Shown in pieces: positions 49,296 to 59,211 of a stretch of DNA of 64,000 nt. Under the pieces are notes generated by a model, which saw only the letters and a list, made by a program, of their open reading frames with translations, was not told where the DNA came from and did no database searches. The DNA is from an uncultured Sphingobacteriales bacterium (lineage in GTDB: Bacteria > Bacteroidota > Bacteroidia > CAILMK01 > CAYYUA01): positions 23,182 to 87,181 of the forward strand of contig CAZQQN010000007.1 in NCBI GenBank assembly GCA_964595485.1, in the 5' to 3' direction. The position numbers were made by a program, and so were the translations under genes. The first letter of the stretch is position 1. Every line of letters starts with the position of its first letter.

Positions 49296-49976
49296 ATGGC
49301 ACGAAAAATATCGAACGCACAACTTTTAACGGCATTCTTAGCATTATTGGTAATAGTGGCTATTTTAAAATTTTGGCCAAGCCAGGAAAAGGGAGGTACC
49401 CTAAAGACGCAGATGGTCAAGCCAATGGATTCCGGAAAAGTGAATAAATTGGTTTTATTACCGGAGTTTGATACAACTAACCAGGTAAAGCTGGAGAAAA
49501 AGGAAGGAGATTGGGAAATCAAACGTGGTAAACAATACAAAGCTGTAGACAAGAAAAGAATGGAAAGAGCCCTTGAAGACCTTTTTGTTAATTTGAAGGC
49601 TGACAAGTTAGTAAGCCGTGAAAAATCGGATTGGGAGCAATACGAAGTGGATAGCACCGGCACATTAATGCGGATATTTGAGGAAGGTGAATTACATGAT
49701 GAGGTTGTCCTGGGTAAGTTAAATTTTCAAAACAGGAATCAAGCTTTCCATTATGTTCGTAATAAAAATGATAGTTCGGTTTACGCCGTAGATGCATATC
49801 TTAAAAGGTCCTTAAAAGGCAAGCCGGAAGATTGGATAAAAGAAAAAGGAGGATCTAAAGGACTGGGTGGAAAAAAAGTGCCACCGAAAATTCGGCGGAA
49901 AATGCAGCAAAAACAACAGCTAAGAAAAAAATTGAAAAACATGAATAAGGACAGCCTGCCTAAAAACCTAAATTGA
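49296..49976 (+). CDS. DUF4340-like protein
   Basis: N-terminal TM helix, LEKKEGDWEI and YVR.....VYAV; usual position after GldG-like genes; likely start ATG 49296. Confidence 0.65.
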   Translation: MARKISNAQLLTAFLALLVIVAILKFWPSQEKGGTLKTQMVKPMDSGKVNKLVLLPEFDTTNQVKLEKKEGDWEIKRGKQYKAVDKKRMERALEDLFVNLKADKLVSREKSDWEQYEVDSTGTLMRIFEEGELHDEVVLGKLNFQNRNQAFHYVRNKNDSSVYAVDAYLKRSLKGKPEDWIKEKGGSKGLGGKKVPPKIRRKMQQKQQLRKKLKNMNKDSLPKNLN

Positions 49977-50070
49977 GAAAATTTGTTGCTCTTTCAACAA
50001 TTTATTTCGTAAAAAGCCATGCTTTTATTTTTTAACAACCTTTGTTTTCAACTTATTAATTAACACTTAT

Positions 50071-50742
50071 ATGTACACTGGTCTTCTTCACACCCACACA
50101 CTTGTGGTTAGTCTTTATTTGGTTTTACTATTGATAAAAACCGTTCTTCTTTTGGCAGGCCAAAAAGAAAGACTTAGTAAGTTCAGGGCTAAAACCAAGG
50201 TAGTTGAAATGGTTCTGGCCACGTTGTTTTTACTTACCGGGGTTTACCTGAGTTTTGAGTCCGGTTCCATTTGGGGAAGTTGGTTCATTGTTAAAGATAT
50301 TTTAATTGTAGCGATTATAGTGCTGGGGGTGGTTGCATTTAAACGGGAAAGCCGGTTTTTGGCTTTTTTAACCTTAGTTATTTTTCTCTACGTATATGGA
50401 ATTTCAGAAACTAAGAGTTTATATTTTAACACAGACTATCAAGCATTGTACGGAGGAAAAAGCGCTGGTGAGCAAAAAGACTGGGAACCTCAAGCTTCCG
50501 ACTATGACATTGAGGCGCACGGTCAGTATGTTTATGAGCAAAATTGTATCGCTTGTCACGGGAAAAATGGAAAATTACAGAAAAGCGGTTCTAAAAACCT
50601 TCAGAATTCCGGGTTAGGCAAAGAAGGGATTCAACACCTTGTCAAAAATGGCAAAAATTCTATGCCAGCCTACGGAGAAGCGCTAAATGACCAGGAAATT
50701 AAGGCTGTTTCCGACTATGTTTACCAAATGGCTAATAATTAA
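50071..50742 (+). CDS. SirB-like 4-TM domain fused to class I cytochrome c
   Basis: LLHTH..VVSL...LFLLTG N-terminal membrane domain; CIACHG haem-binding motif and GKNSMPAY distal Met. Confidence 0.8.
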   Translation: MYTGLLHTHTLVVSLYLVLLLIKTVLLLAGQKERLSKFRAKTKVVEMVLATLFLLTGVYLSFESGSIWGSWFIVKDILIVAIIVLGVVAFKRESRFLAFLTLVIFLYVYGISETKSLYFNTDYQALYGGKSAGEQKDWEPQASDYDIEAHGQYVYEQNCIACHGKNGKLQKSGSKNLQNSGLGKEGIQHLVKNGKNSMPAYGEALNDQEIKAVSDYVYQMANN

Positions 50743-50751
50743 TGGATACTC

Positions 50752-50877
50752 TGAACCCCAAGGTAAACGCAGGAAGTGCGGGGTGTGAAATTTTCTGATA
50801 GATCATTTCTCCGACTTAGTATTTATCGTTAACTTCAATAATAGGTTACGGTTAACCTTTCCTTGTAGAAGGGTTCA
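50752..50877 (+). ncRNA. Structured intergenic RNA, 6S-like (possibly the Bacteroidota 6S-Flavo class)
   Basis: Closing stem TGAACCC/GGGTTCA plus CAAGG/CCTTG; apical stem AAGT(G)CGGGG/CTCCGACTT plus GAAAT/ATTTC; 3' side hairpin CGTTAACT/GGTTACG; G-U pairs favour the + strand. Confidence 0.55.
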
Positions 50878-50901
50878 TTATGATTATAGCCCCAGAAAAG
50901 G

Positions 50902-51903
50902 TTAAAACAACCCTCTAACCATGTGCTCTACGGTCATATTTTCCGCTTCAGCTTTGTAATTTTTTAGCATTCGGTGACGTAAGACAGGAATTGCTACTTC
51001 CTGGACATCTTCTATATCAGGAGAATATTTCCCATTTAAAATTGCATTGCACTTGGATCCAATGGTAAGGAATTGTGAAGCCCTTGGTCCAGCCCCCCAA
51101 GAAATGTATTCCTTGATGTTATCGGGTGCGTATTGGGAATCTGGCCTGGTCGAATGCACAAGTTTAACGATATACTCCAAAACATTATCCGGTATTGGGA
51201 TGCGCCTGACTAAATTCTGGAAATAAATGATCTCTTCTGCCCCCATTATTTTACCAACTTCGGATTTATTTCCGGAAGTGGTATTTTTAACGATCTGAAG
51301 CTCATCTTCATAAGAAGGATATTCAAGCACGATATTTACCATAAAGCGGTCCAATTGAGCTTCAGGCAGGGGATAGGTCCCTTCTTGTTCTATGGGGTTT
51401 TGTGTAGCAAGTACAAAAAATGGATCACTAAGTTGATGATACTTACCGCCGGCTGTTACACTTTGTTCCTGCATAGATTCCAATAAGGCGGCCTGAGTTT
51501 TGGGGGGTGTCCTGTTGATCTCATCTGCCAGTACAACGTTGGCAAAAAGGGGCCCTTTAACGAATTGAAATTGCTTTTTATCATCCAGAATTTCTGAACC
51601 TGTGATATCGGAAGGCATTAGGTCTGGTGTAAATTGAATGCGGCTGAAATCAAGATCAAGAACATCTGAAATGGTATGAACCAACAAAGTTTTGGCCAGT
51701 CCAGGAACACCTATAAGCAGGCAATGCCCCTTTGACAGTATTGAAATTAAGACGGATTTGACAATTTCATCCTGGCCTATGATGATCTTTTTTATCTCAT
51801 TGTTAAGCACATTGTACCGCTCATTCAGGTAATCAATGGCTTCTACATCAGAATTGAACCTTTCGGAAAGTTTTGTACTTGCTGCTGCTTGTTGTTCTGC
51901 CAT
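50902..51903 (-). CDS. moxR: MoxR family AAA+ ATPase
   Basis: GVPGLAKT, RIQFTPDLMPSDITG, LADEINRTPPKTQAALLE and ATQNPIEQEGTYPLPEAQLDRF motifs. Confidence 0.95.
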   Translation of the reverse strand: MAEQQAAASTKLSERFNSDVEAIDYLNERYNVLNNEIKKIIIGQDEIVKSVLISILSKGHCLLIGVPGLAKTLLVHTISDVLDLDFSRIQFTPDLMPSDITGSEILDDKKQFQFVKGPLFANVVLADEINRTPPKTQAALLESMQEQSVTAGGKYHQLSDPFFVLATQNPIEQEGTYPLPEAQLDRFMVNIVLEYPSYEDELQIVKNTTSGNKSEVGKIMGAEEIIYFQNLVRRIPIPDNVLEYIVKLVHSTRPDSQYAPDNIKEYISWGAGPRASQFLTIGSKCNAILNGKYSPDIEDVQEVAIPVLRHRMLKNYKAEAENMTVEHMVRGLF

Positions 51904-51977
51904 TGTTTAAAGTTTGTTCTTTTTAAAACGCCATTCCTTGTATCAAAACCAATACCAAACTAAGGTTTTGCCGAAGG

Positions 51978-53327
51978 TTACTGATTGGTCAAATAAGGGG
52001 TTAGGGCCTTACAACTCATGTTTGAGGTTTTTACTCTTATATAGGTTTGGTCGGCATATTCTTGGTACCATTCGTCCAGTGCTTTTTGTTTAGCTTGTTG
52101 CTCCGCCATTCTCCGAATCCTTGGGTAATCCTGCTGAAGGTTGCCTTTATGAGGCTCAGTCCTTTCTTTTAAATACAAAATCCGGTAAGCATCCTGGTTA
52201 CCTTTGTAATCCATAGGAACTGGCTTGGATATGTTGCCAACTTTCATGGTATCAATGTTAAAGTACATATTGGATTTGAGTTGTTCAACCGGCAGCTTAT
52301 TGGAGCCGGTTTTTTTATTTAAAATAAGTCCGCCATTCCTTTTTGTTTTATCATCTTCAGAAAATTCGTAAGCTGCCTCTTCAAAAGTGAGGGTATCATT
52401 CCTTACCAGGTCCCTGACACTATCCAGAAACTTACCGGCATTGCTACGGGCTTGTGGTGTAATCTTAGGCTTTTGAAGGATGTGTTTTAAATGCAGCTTA
52501 TCACCTTTCCTATCCAGTAGTTTGACAATGTGGTATCCTTTTTCAGTTTTAATAATGCCTGATACCGTATCGCTTGGCAAATTGATAGCCCTGGCAGCCA
52601 ACTTATCATTAAAAGTTTTTTTATCCCGCATACCCATATCACCGCCGTCTGTTGCGGTAGATTCATCATCTGAATAAAGAATCGCCAAATTATCAAAGCT
52701 TTCACCTTGCTCAACAATGCGTTCCCTCAGCTGCTTAAGCTTTTGCTTGCTTTCACGTTTTGCTTTCTTGGTCGGTTTGGGTTTACGTACAATGTGACCT
52801 AATTTAACTTGCGTATTGAAATACGGGATACTATCCTTAGGGAGGTTTTCAAAGTATTGACGTACTTCTTTCGGAGTTACTTCGACATCTGACAATATCT
52901 GATTCTTCATTTTTTCGGTAAGTAGCAGCTCTCGGGTAGGCTGACGCATTTGCTCCTTTATCTCAGGAATGCTTTTATCATAATATTCCTCCAATTTACT
53001 TTTACTACCCACCTTATTAATGAAAAACTGAATACGGCGGTTTAGCTCATTTTCTATCCTTTGGCTTTTTACCATTACACTGTCCTGTCTGGCTTTGGAT
53101 AAGAGTAATTTCTTTTCAATGGATTTACTGAGTATACGGCACCTCATGGTTGATTCAGGTATCGTATCTGTCGTAAAATTTTGCATTTTTTTGGCCAGGT
53201 CCGATTGCAGGATAATTTCATTTCCTACAACAGCCACTATTTTATCAGCGACCTGTTTTTCTTGCTGACCAAAAGTAAAGCAAGCAAAAGCCATAAACAG
53301 GCTTGTTATAAATGTTTTTTTAATCAT
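51978..53327 (-). CDS. surA: SurA-like peptidyl-prolyl isomerase
   Basis: DKIVAVVG.EIIL.SD; two parvulin domains (HI, F..LA..YSDD, GYHIVK). Confidence 0.82.
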   Translation of the reverse strand: MIKKTFITSLFMAFACFTFGQQEKQVADKIVAVVGNEIILQSDLAKKMQNFTTDTIPESTMRCRILSKSIEKKLLLSKARQDSVMVKSQRIENELNRRIQFFINKVGSKSKLEEYYDKSIPEIKEQMRQPTRELLLTEKMKNQILSDVEVTPKEVRQYFENLPKDSIPYFNTQVKLGHIVRKPKPTKKAKRESKQKLKQLRERIVEQGESFDNLAILYSDDESTATDGGDMGMRDKKTFNDKLAARAINLPSDTVSGIIKTEKGYHIVKLLDRKGDKLHLKHILQKPKITPQARSNAGKFLDSVRDLVRNDTLTFEEAAYEFSEDDKTKRNGGLILNKKTGSNKLPVEQLKSNMYFNIDTMKVGNISKPVPMDYKGNQDAYRILYLKERTEPHKGNLQQDYPRIRRMAEQQAKQKALDEWYQEYADQTYIRVKTSNMSCKALTPYLTNQ

Positions 53328-54237
53328 ACCGTTTGACGTTCTTTTTTTCTAATCCTTTCTGAAAAACTTCGTTCTCCATTTTCTGAATAAGATTGATTTT
53401 TTTTCTATTCAGCATCATTTTTTTAATGGATTCTCTTTTCAAGCTGATTGGCGCTTTATCATTCTTTCCTTTGAAATCAGTTATGTAAATCAAGTAGGTG
53501 AAAGCCGCATCTTCCGTATCCAACACTTGCTTTTCCTTGATTTTATTAAGTAAATTGGTATTACTCTGGGCCGGAAGGTTTAATTTATTCCTGATATTTT
53601 TATAGTAATACCATTTATTATCCTCAAAATCAAAATTTTTGGCATACTGCCTCGCATAAAAATTAAGCGAATCAAGGTATTTATTATCCTCCTCCTTAAA
53701 CCAAGACTTAATTTGGTCTTTCTTAGGGGCATTTTTTGGTATTATAATATAGCGAAATTTTAACGCGGGCTGATTTAGCTTAAATCTTTCACTGTTGCGG
53801 TTGTAAAATTCGCGAATGGTGTCTTTGCTGAAATTTGTATCTATTTTCTCATTGATCAAGGCTTGTTCGTATTCATAACGGATCAGCGATCTGTAATAGT
53901 CTTGTAGTTCTTCATCTTTGTCTTTGTCTTTTTCGGGCAAATTATTAAGGGCTTTTTGAAAGATTAATTGCTCAGTAATCCAATTGTTAATTAGCTTTTT
54001 CCTGAAAGCCAAACTATCTTTAAGCGATTGGTTTCTATTTTTACGGTAAATTTCCTTCAGATCTTCCTCATAGAGGAATTGATCCTTTACCCTCGCTACA
54101 GGTTCTTTGTCCTCTTCCGGATTTTCACTTACCAGATTATCACATGCATTGAAAGTTACTCCTAAAAAACATGAAGCAATTACTAAGCCGGTGGTGAGAA
54201 TGTTACTCTTTATAAAGGCTCTCCAGAACATCATCAT
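53320..54237 (-). CDS. PPIase-related lipoprotein of the surA cluster
   Basis: Lipobox FNAC, PVARVKDQFLY and LINNWI; sits between two PPIase genes; start uncertain. Confidence 0.7.
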   Translation of the reverse strand: MMMFWRAFIKSNILTTGLVIASCFLGVTFNACDNLVSENPEEDKEPVARVKDQFLYEEDLKEIYRKNRNQSLKDSLAFRKKLINNWITEQLIFQKALNNLPEKDKDKDEELQDYYRSLIRYEYEQALINEKIDTNFSKDTIREFYNRNSERFKLNQPALKFRYIIIPKNAPKKDQIKSWFKEEDNKYLDSLNFYARQYAKNFDFEDNKWYYYKNIRNKLNLPAQSNTNLLNKIKEKQVLDTEDAAFTYLIYITDFKGKNDKAPISLKRESIKKMMLNRKKINLIQKMENEVFQKGLEKKNVKRYD

Positions 54238-56176
54238 GGATCTTTACGGGGTATTTTTGCTTTAAATTTTTGATCCAAGTCTCCTCTAAATGCTCTTGAT
54301 AATCAGCAACCACCTTTCCACGAACAGTTTCTAAAGGGGCAAGGCCGGCAGGTTTAATTTTATCAATTTTTATTACATAAAACTTGCCATTATGCTTTTT
54401 AGTGTAAATACCCTTTTCATTTTTGGTTTGCTTTATTACCGGGTTTTCATTTTTTCGAAAGCTATCGTAGGTCAAACTTATCTCTGCACCTTTTCCAGCC
54501 AAGTTTTCCCGGATGGTAGCAGGTTTTTTACCATTTTTAACCTTACTGGCTATAGATTTTTGTGTTGATTTATCATTGCATTCAAAAAAGTAGCCAACTT
54601 TGGTTAAAGGTCGCTGGTATTTTGATCTATTGCTTTTGTGATATTCCTTAAGGCCGTTGGTATCATTAACTGCTTTTGACCAAACTTTTTGATCCATGAT
54701 CTCAAAAAGGAGTATACCATCTTTGTACTCCCTGATCAAATTTCTGAACTCAGGGTATTTTTCATCCAAATGACGCTTTTCATAAGCCAGGATCTCCTTT
54801 TGTTCAAATTGCTTATAGTAGTATTTTAATAATGCAGTGATATCGTTAAAAGGAGGTTTTTTCTTTTGGTTATTCTCAATGTAGCGGGCAAAATCAATGG
54901 CGCTAAGTTGCTTATCTCCGATCTTAAACAGTTTTTTATCGAGGCCGGATTTTCCATCCATCGTCCAATGTCCCTTTAACAGGCTTGAGTCAAAGTGTTT
55001 TTGAAGATTATCCGGCTTATTAATTTGCGTATAGCCGCTACTTTGCTTGATATCTTTAACCACGCTACGCTTCACTTTGTCATACCGGGGTTTCTTTTTA
55101 ATTTCTTTGACTAAATCCTCTCGCATTTTATTTAAGGAATCAGGTTTTTTCATACCCCTTCGTTTGACAATATGGTATCCATAGCGTGTTTTAAAAGGCT
55201 TGGTATAGGCTCCTTTTTCATCAAGGCGAAAGGCTTTATTTTTAAACTTATCCGGAAAGTGCCGAGTTAAGCGATCAAATGGTGGTAACTTACCGTCATT
55301 GCTTTTACTCCTTCTATCTTCTGAATATTCAGCTACAACGTCAGCGAAGGATTCGCCCCCTTTTAATTGCTTATAGGCCTCTTTGATTAGTTTTTCAGCT
55401 CTTTCCCAGTTTGCAGTATCATTTTTCTGTTTCTTTGGTTTCACCATGATATGACTTGCCCGAACTTTTCCCTGGTAAGGCTTCTTTTCAGTGATTTTTA
55501 GCAGGTGGTATCCGTGTTTCGAGCGAACTATTCCGGTAGTTTCTCCTTCCGGCGTTGAATAAGCTGCATTTTCAATAGGATAAGGCTGATCAAAAACCGT
55601 AAAGTACCCCAACTTCCCGTATTTAGTTTGATCCTGATAGGCTTTAACCATTGATTTGAATTCTTTTCCACGTTCAAGCTTCTTTTGTATTGTTTTCAAG
55701 GTCTCATAGGCATTCTGGGTATCTTTCGTAGGGGCACCTTTAGGTACTCTTATAGTCAGATGTTTGGCTTTAATGAGTTGCATTTTCCTATTATAAGCTT
55801 CTTCTACCAAATTTTCCATAATGGAATCATTGGTTAAGTAAGGATTGGCCAATTGGTCCCGGTATTTTTGAAATTCTTTTTTAAATTGCTTTGTGGTATC
55901 GATGCCAGCTTTTTCCGCAGCTTTCACCTTAAGCTTGAATTTTGTATAGAGATCAAGGTAATCCTTTAGGCTCTCTTTACTGTATAAATTCGGGTCATCT
56001 GAATTGTTTTTTTCGTAAATGTACTTGAATTCCTCTTTTTTTACTGATTCATCACCAATCTCAAGAATGATTTCATCTGAATCTTTATTGTAAGAAGGTT
56101 GGGCTTTATTTGAAAAAGCATTCAACAAAATCAAGGCGCAGAGTAAAAAAAAGGGATACTGAAATATTTTAGCCAT
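54203..56176 (-). CDS. Parvulin-type peptidyl-prolyl isomerase (two rotamase domains)
   Basis: EFKYIYEKNN, YRDQLA.PY, GYHLLK, VRASHIM, KT.YGYHIVK and EYKDGILLF motifs; likely start MAKIF after a TATTTTTG element. Confidence 0.85.
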   Translation of the reverse strand: MAKIFQYPFFLLCALILLNAFSNKAQPSYNKDSDEIILEIGDESVKKEEFKYIYEKNNSDDPNLYSKESLKDYLDLYTKFKLKVKAAEKAGIDTTKQFKKEFQKYRDQLANPYLTNDSIMENLVEEAYNRKMQLIKAKHLTIRVPKGAPTKDTQNAYETLKTIQKKLERGKEFKSMVKAYQDQTKYGKLGYFTVFDQPYPIENAAYSTPEGETTGIVRSKHGYHLLKITEKKPYQGKVRASHIMVKPKKQKNDTANWERAEKLIKEAYKQLKGGESFADVVAEYSEDRRSKSNDGKLPPFDRLTRHFPDKFKNKAFRLDEKGAYTKPFKTRYGYHIVKRRGMKKPDSLNKMREDLVKEIKKKPRYDKVKRSVVKDIKQSSGYTQINKPDNLQKHFDSSLLKGHWTMDGKSGLDKKLFKIGDKQLSAIDFARYIENNQKKKPPFNDITALLKYYYKQFEQKEILAYEKRHLDEKYPEFRNLIREYKDGILLFEIMDQKVWSKAVNDTNGLKEYHKSNRSKYQRPLTKVGYFFECNDKSTQKSIASKVKNGKKPATIRENLAGKGAEISLTYDSFRKNENPVIKQTKNEKGIYTKKHNGKFYVIKIDKIKPAGLAPLETVRGKVVADYQEHLEETWIKNLKQKYPVKIHDDVLESLYKE

Positions 56177-56268
56177 TATCTTGCTATTTGATTTTAAACA
56201 GGCAAAAATAAGCAACAAATCAGAACAAATGAAGGTGAAAGCTGGCCTACCTTTGAAAAACTTGAATT

Positions 56269-56940
56269 TTAAAAGATAGTTTCAGGGTTATCGTCCTTAT
56301 CAGATCCCTTTAATGTGTAATAAAAAAATTTTTCATTATGGTTTATTTGAAGAACTCCTACAGAGGTAAGGTTGATGAGAATATCCTCTGCTTTTCTTGG
56401 TGGTAATTTAGCAATCCGGACAAATTTTTTCAGGGTAATCTGCTGGTTTTGATTGAGGAAGTCTAATAACAGGTTTTCTTTTCTGGAGTACCTTATAAAA
56501 GTATTCTTTTCTTTTTGCTTTCGCTTAAGGTACTCAATTACCACCCGGTTAGCAAACTTGTTTTTGTCATTAAACCGGATGTAAACCCACCACTTATCAT
56601 CATCATCTTTAACAAAATGAGGCCTGGTGTCACTTTTATTAATTGAAATCTCGAGAACAGTTTTGCCTTCATAAAACCAATCCCGGATTTTGTAGCCAAC
56701 TTTTGGGCTACAATAATAAGTGGCCGCTGTTTCTATCATGTACCGTTCTTCATCAGACTCGATTCCTATCACTTTACCATTGTCTTTCACGCCAATTAGT
56801 AATTTTCCACCCCTTGTATTAGCAAATGCCACAAAAGTTTTAGCAATTTTCCTGGCACTGCTGATATTGTATTTAAAATCCAGGCTAATGCTTTCACCCT
56901 CCTCTATGAGTGTATCTATATATGACAATTGCTTTTTCAT
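56269..56940 (-). CDS. AlbA_2 (Schlafen-like) domain protein with C-terminal winged helix
   Basis: GES..LDFK, VAFANTRGG.LLIGVKDNG and YIR motifs. Confidence 0.85.
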   Translation of the reverse strand: MKKQLSYIDTLIEEGESISLDFKYNISSARKIAKTFVAFANTRGGKLLIGVKDNGKVIGIESDEERYMIETAATYYCSPKVGYKIRDWFYEGKTVLEISINKSDTRPHFVKDDDDKWWVYIRFNDKNKFANRVVIEYLKRKQKEKNTFIRYSRKENLLLDFLNQNQQITLKKFVRIAKLPPRKAEDILINLTSVGVLQINHNEKFFYYTLKGSDKDDNPETIF

Positions 56941-57185
56941 AGCTAAAATCAGAAGCTTGGTCAGGGTTTAAATTGCAAAACAATTAGCTGTGATTAGGGT
57001 TGTTTATCTTTCAGCTTTTATTCACAGGCCTAAGACCCTTACAAAAATAATGAATTGGATCGTTAGATCGTTTTTTAGCCATATCTTTTCTGGACTTCAA
57101 AAGCCTGATGATAAGGAATTAAATTAGCCATGATTTTTGTTAGCAAGCATAAGGTGTTAATTTTGCAATTTCAATTTGAATAAAC

Positions 57186-57260
57186 GGTGGATGTAGCTCA
57201 GCTGGTTAGAGCACCAGATTGTGGTTCTGGGGGCCATGGGTTCAAATCCCATCATCCACC
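57186..57260 (+). tRNA. tRNA-His(GTG)
   Basis: GGTGGATGTAGCTCAGCTGGTTAGAGCACCAGATTGTGGTTCTGG...GGTTCAAATCCCATCATCCACC; G-1 encoded; TAATTTTG promoter at 57158. Confidence 0.96.
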
Positions 57261-57300
57261 CAGATTAATCACAGAAAGCGCAACACGAGAGAGTTGAAGG

Positions 57301-57329
57301 ATTTGTCGGTTAAAGTGCCGACAAATTTT
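57301..57329 (+). terminator. Hairpin downstream of tRNA-His
   Basis: ATTTGTCGG-N8-CCGACAAAT followed by TTT. Confidence 0.5.
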
Positions 57330-57760
57330 AAGGGGGTCGCCGACAGTACTTTGAAAGTGATTATGGATATGGGTAATGGTCAAATTCCTATCCTCAATCT
57401 TTGTTATTAGTCAGCAGGGTTTAACAATGGTATTGGCGAGCAATGTAAGAACATCCCTCAGGTAAAAGTAGCTGGCTTTATTCAGCCTTTTCATGTTTTT
57501 TAGGCTTTAATTGGGTATAAACACAAAAATCCCAATTACTAACTCCTCATTTCCTTTTAAGCTTTGGAATCTAACTAACAATGCCACCTGAAAAATACTC
57601 TATTTGGAAAGCTAAAAAGACATTATTAGGTACAAAATCCAATATTATACCTTTATTATCCTATTTTCCTAAGATTAATCGGTATGCCTTTAAACCCGGA
57701 TCATTAAGGATCCCTAAAAACCGGATAAAATAGGGAATTTTGAGCTTTGAGATAAGCCTA

Positions 57761-59137
57761 TTAGGGGTTATTTACAATGGCTCCAATATCCGGGTTAGCT
57801 GTATCCCGTCCTTCATCATAATAACCTTGCTGAAGCCATGGGAGGTTTTTAGCAAATTGACCAATGCTGGCACCTTCACCAATAACTGGAGAATTCTGGT
57901 TCACTTTAAAATTATAATTGCATATACCTTGAAAAAGGGGATCTTTATTAATCTTATTACCACTGGGCAAATCTTGCGAGGTTTTTATAACGTTTTTCAC
58001 GACTGCTATTGTATCCTTTTCCGCAATGTTCCCAAAGGTCAATTCATCCTCTTGTTTACCCCAGATAACCGAATTCAGGAGGGTAACATTTAAAGTAAAA
58101 TCAGTTCCCTCAAAACTTTGGCTATTGAATCCAAGGGCTGGTCCTTCAGGTGAACATTGGCAATCGCTCGCCATGAAAGTACAATGGATAAATTGGTAGC
58201 TACCTCCAAAAATTCCAGTTACCAAATTGCCACAACATTCGCTAACAATGGTATTAATCCCCAATATAGAAGAGCTAAAACCTGCTATTCCCGTTCTGGC
58301 CATGTTACTTATTCTGGAATTCAAAAGGATTAACTTGGGATTCCTATTCAGGGAAAGAGAATCGACTTCTATACCAACTGTTGCCTCATCAATAATGGCA
58401 TTGTTGATAATATTATTCTTGCTTGAAGGTAAGAACCGGATTCCCTGCCATTGCCCGGGCCTGTCCATGAAACTCTGTTCTGGTCTTGTCCCTTGAAAAG
58501 TAACGCGTTCATCTGTTGTTCCCGTGACGTTCAGCGTTCCAAAGACAAAAAAATTGGCACTACCGCTATTGAAAATTTTTGTTCCTTTTTCTATAGTAAG
58601 GGTAGTATTGGAGTCAACCGCTGCAAAATCCATAATCAAGTGAGGGGTGTCAGATCGCCAGGTGGTATTGCTACTAATCACTTCCCGCTTATGTATAATA
58701 GCATGTCTGCCATAGGTTCTCAGCTTCACAAATTGGTTATTACCATTTGTCTCAAACCGGATGGAATCCTTAATTATAAAGGGATTTGAAGGCTTGGTCT
58801 GATCAATGGTCATTTCTGCAAAAATGAATAAACTATCTCTCGAGTCAAGGGTGATATTGGATTCCTGGTTTGTAGGTCTTCCATCAATATTTAAGCGGTA
58901 AATAGAATTTTTACCTCCCATTAACTCAATTTCGGAAATATTAACTTCCTGGTTGTTTGGGTTGTAAACCCTCAATCTCTGGGTAGCTGAGGAAAGGTTT
59001 TTAAAAAGTGTATCAAAAAATACGTCCCTTGTTGAAAAACGAAGTTTAGCGGAGGAGTCAAGTGTAAGCGGATCTTCTTGGCAGGCCCCAAATAAAAGCG
59101 GTAAACTTAGGGTAAGGAAAAGGAAACGTTTTGGCAT
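57761..59137 (-). CDS. Lipoprotein with Ig-like and right-handed beta-helix regions
   Basis: Lipobox FGAC after likely start MPKRF; LRFST..VFFDTLF, LTIEKGT, PGQWQGI and DIGA motifs. Confidence 0.7.
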   Translation of the reverse strand: MPKRFLFLTLSLPLLFGACQEDPLTLDSSAKLRFSTRDVFFDTLFKNLSSATQRLRVYNPNNQEVNISEIELMGGKNSIYRLNIDGRPTNQESNITLDSRDSLFIFAEMTIDQTKPSNPFIIKDSIRFETNGNNQFVKLRTYGRHAIIHKREVISSNTTWRSDTPHLIMDFAAVDSNTTLTIEKGTKIFNSGSANFFVFGTLNVTGTTDERVTFQGTRPEQSFMDRPGQWQGIRFLPSSKNNIINNAIIDEATVGIEVDSLSLNRNPKLILLNSRISNMARTGIAGFSSSILGINTIVSECCGNLVTGIFGGSYQFIHCTFMASDCQCSPEGPALGFNSQSFEGTDFTLNVTLLNSVIWGKQEDELTFGNIAEKDTIAVVKNVIKTSQDLPSGNKINKDPLFQGICNYNFKVNQNSPVIGEGASIGQFAKNLPWLQQGYYDEGRDTANPDIGAIVNNP

Positions 59138-59211
59138 ATAAAGGATGAGATAATAATAGTTATCCAATAACTACAAAGTTAATTTTTCAGTAAAACTTTT
59201 GTTTGTCATGC

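Noticed and set aside
57219-57410. 63-aa ORF starting inside tRNA-His
   Set aside because: Overlaps the tRNA, uses a TTG start and has no recognisable motif.
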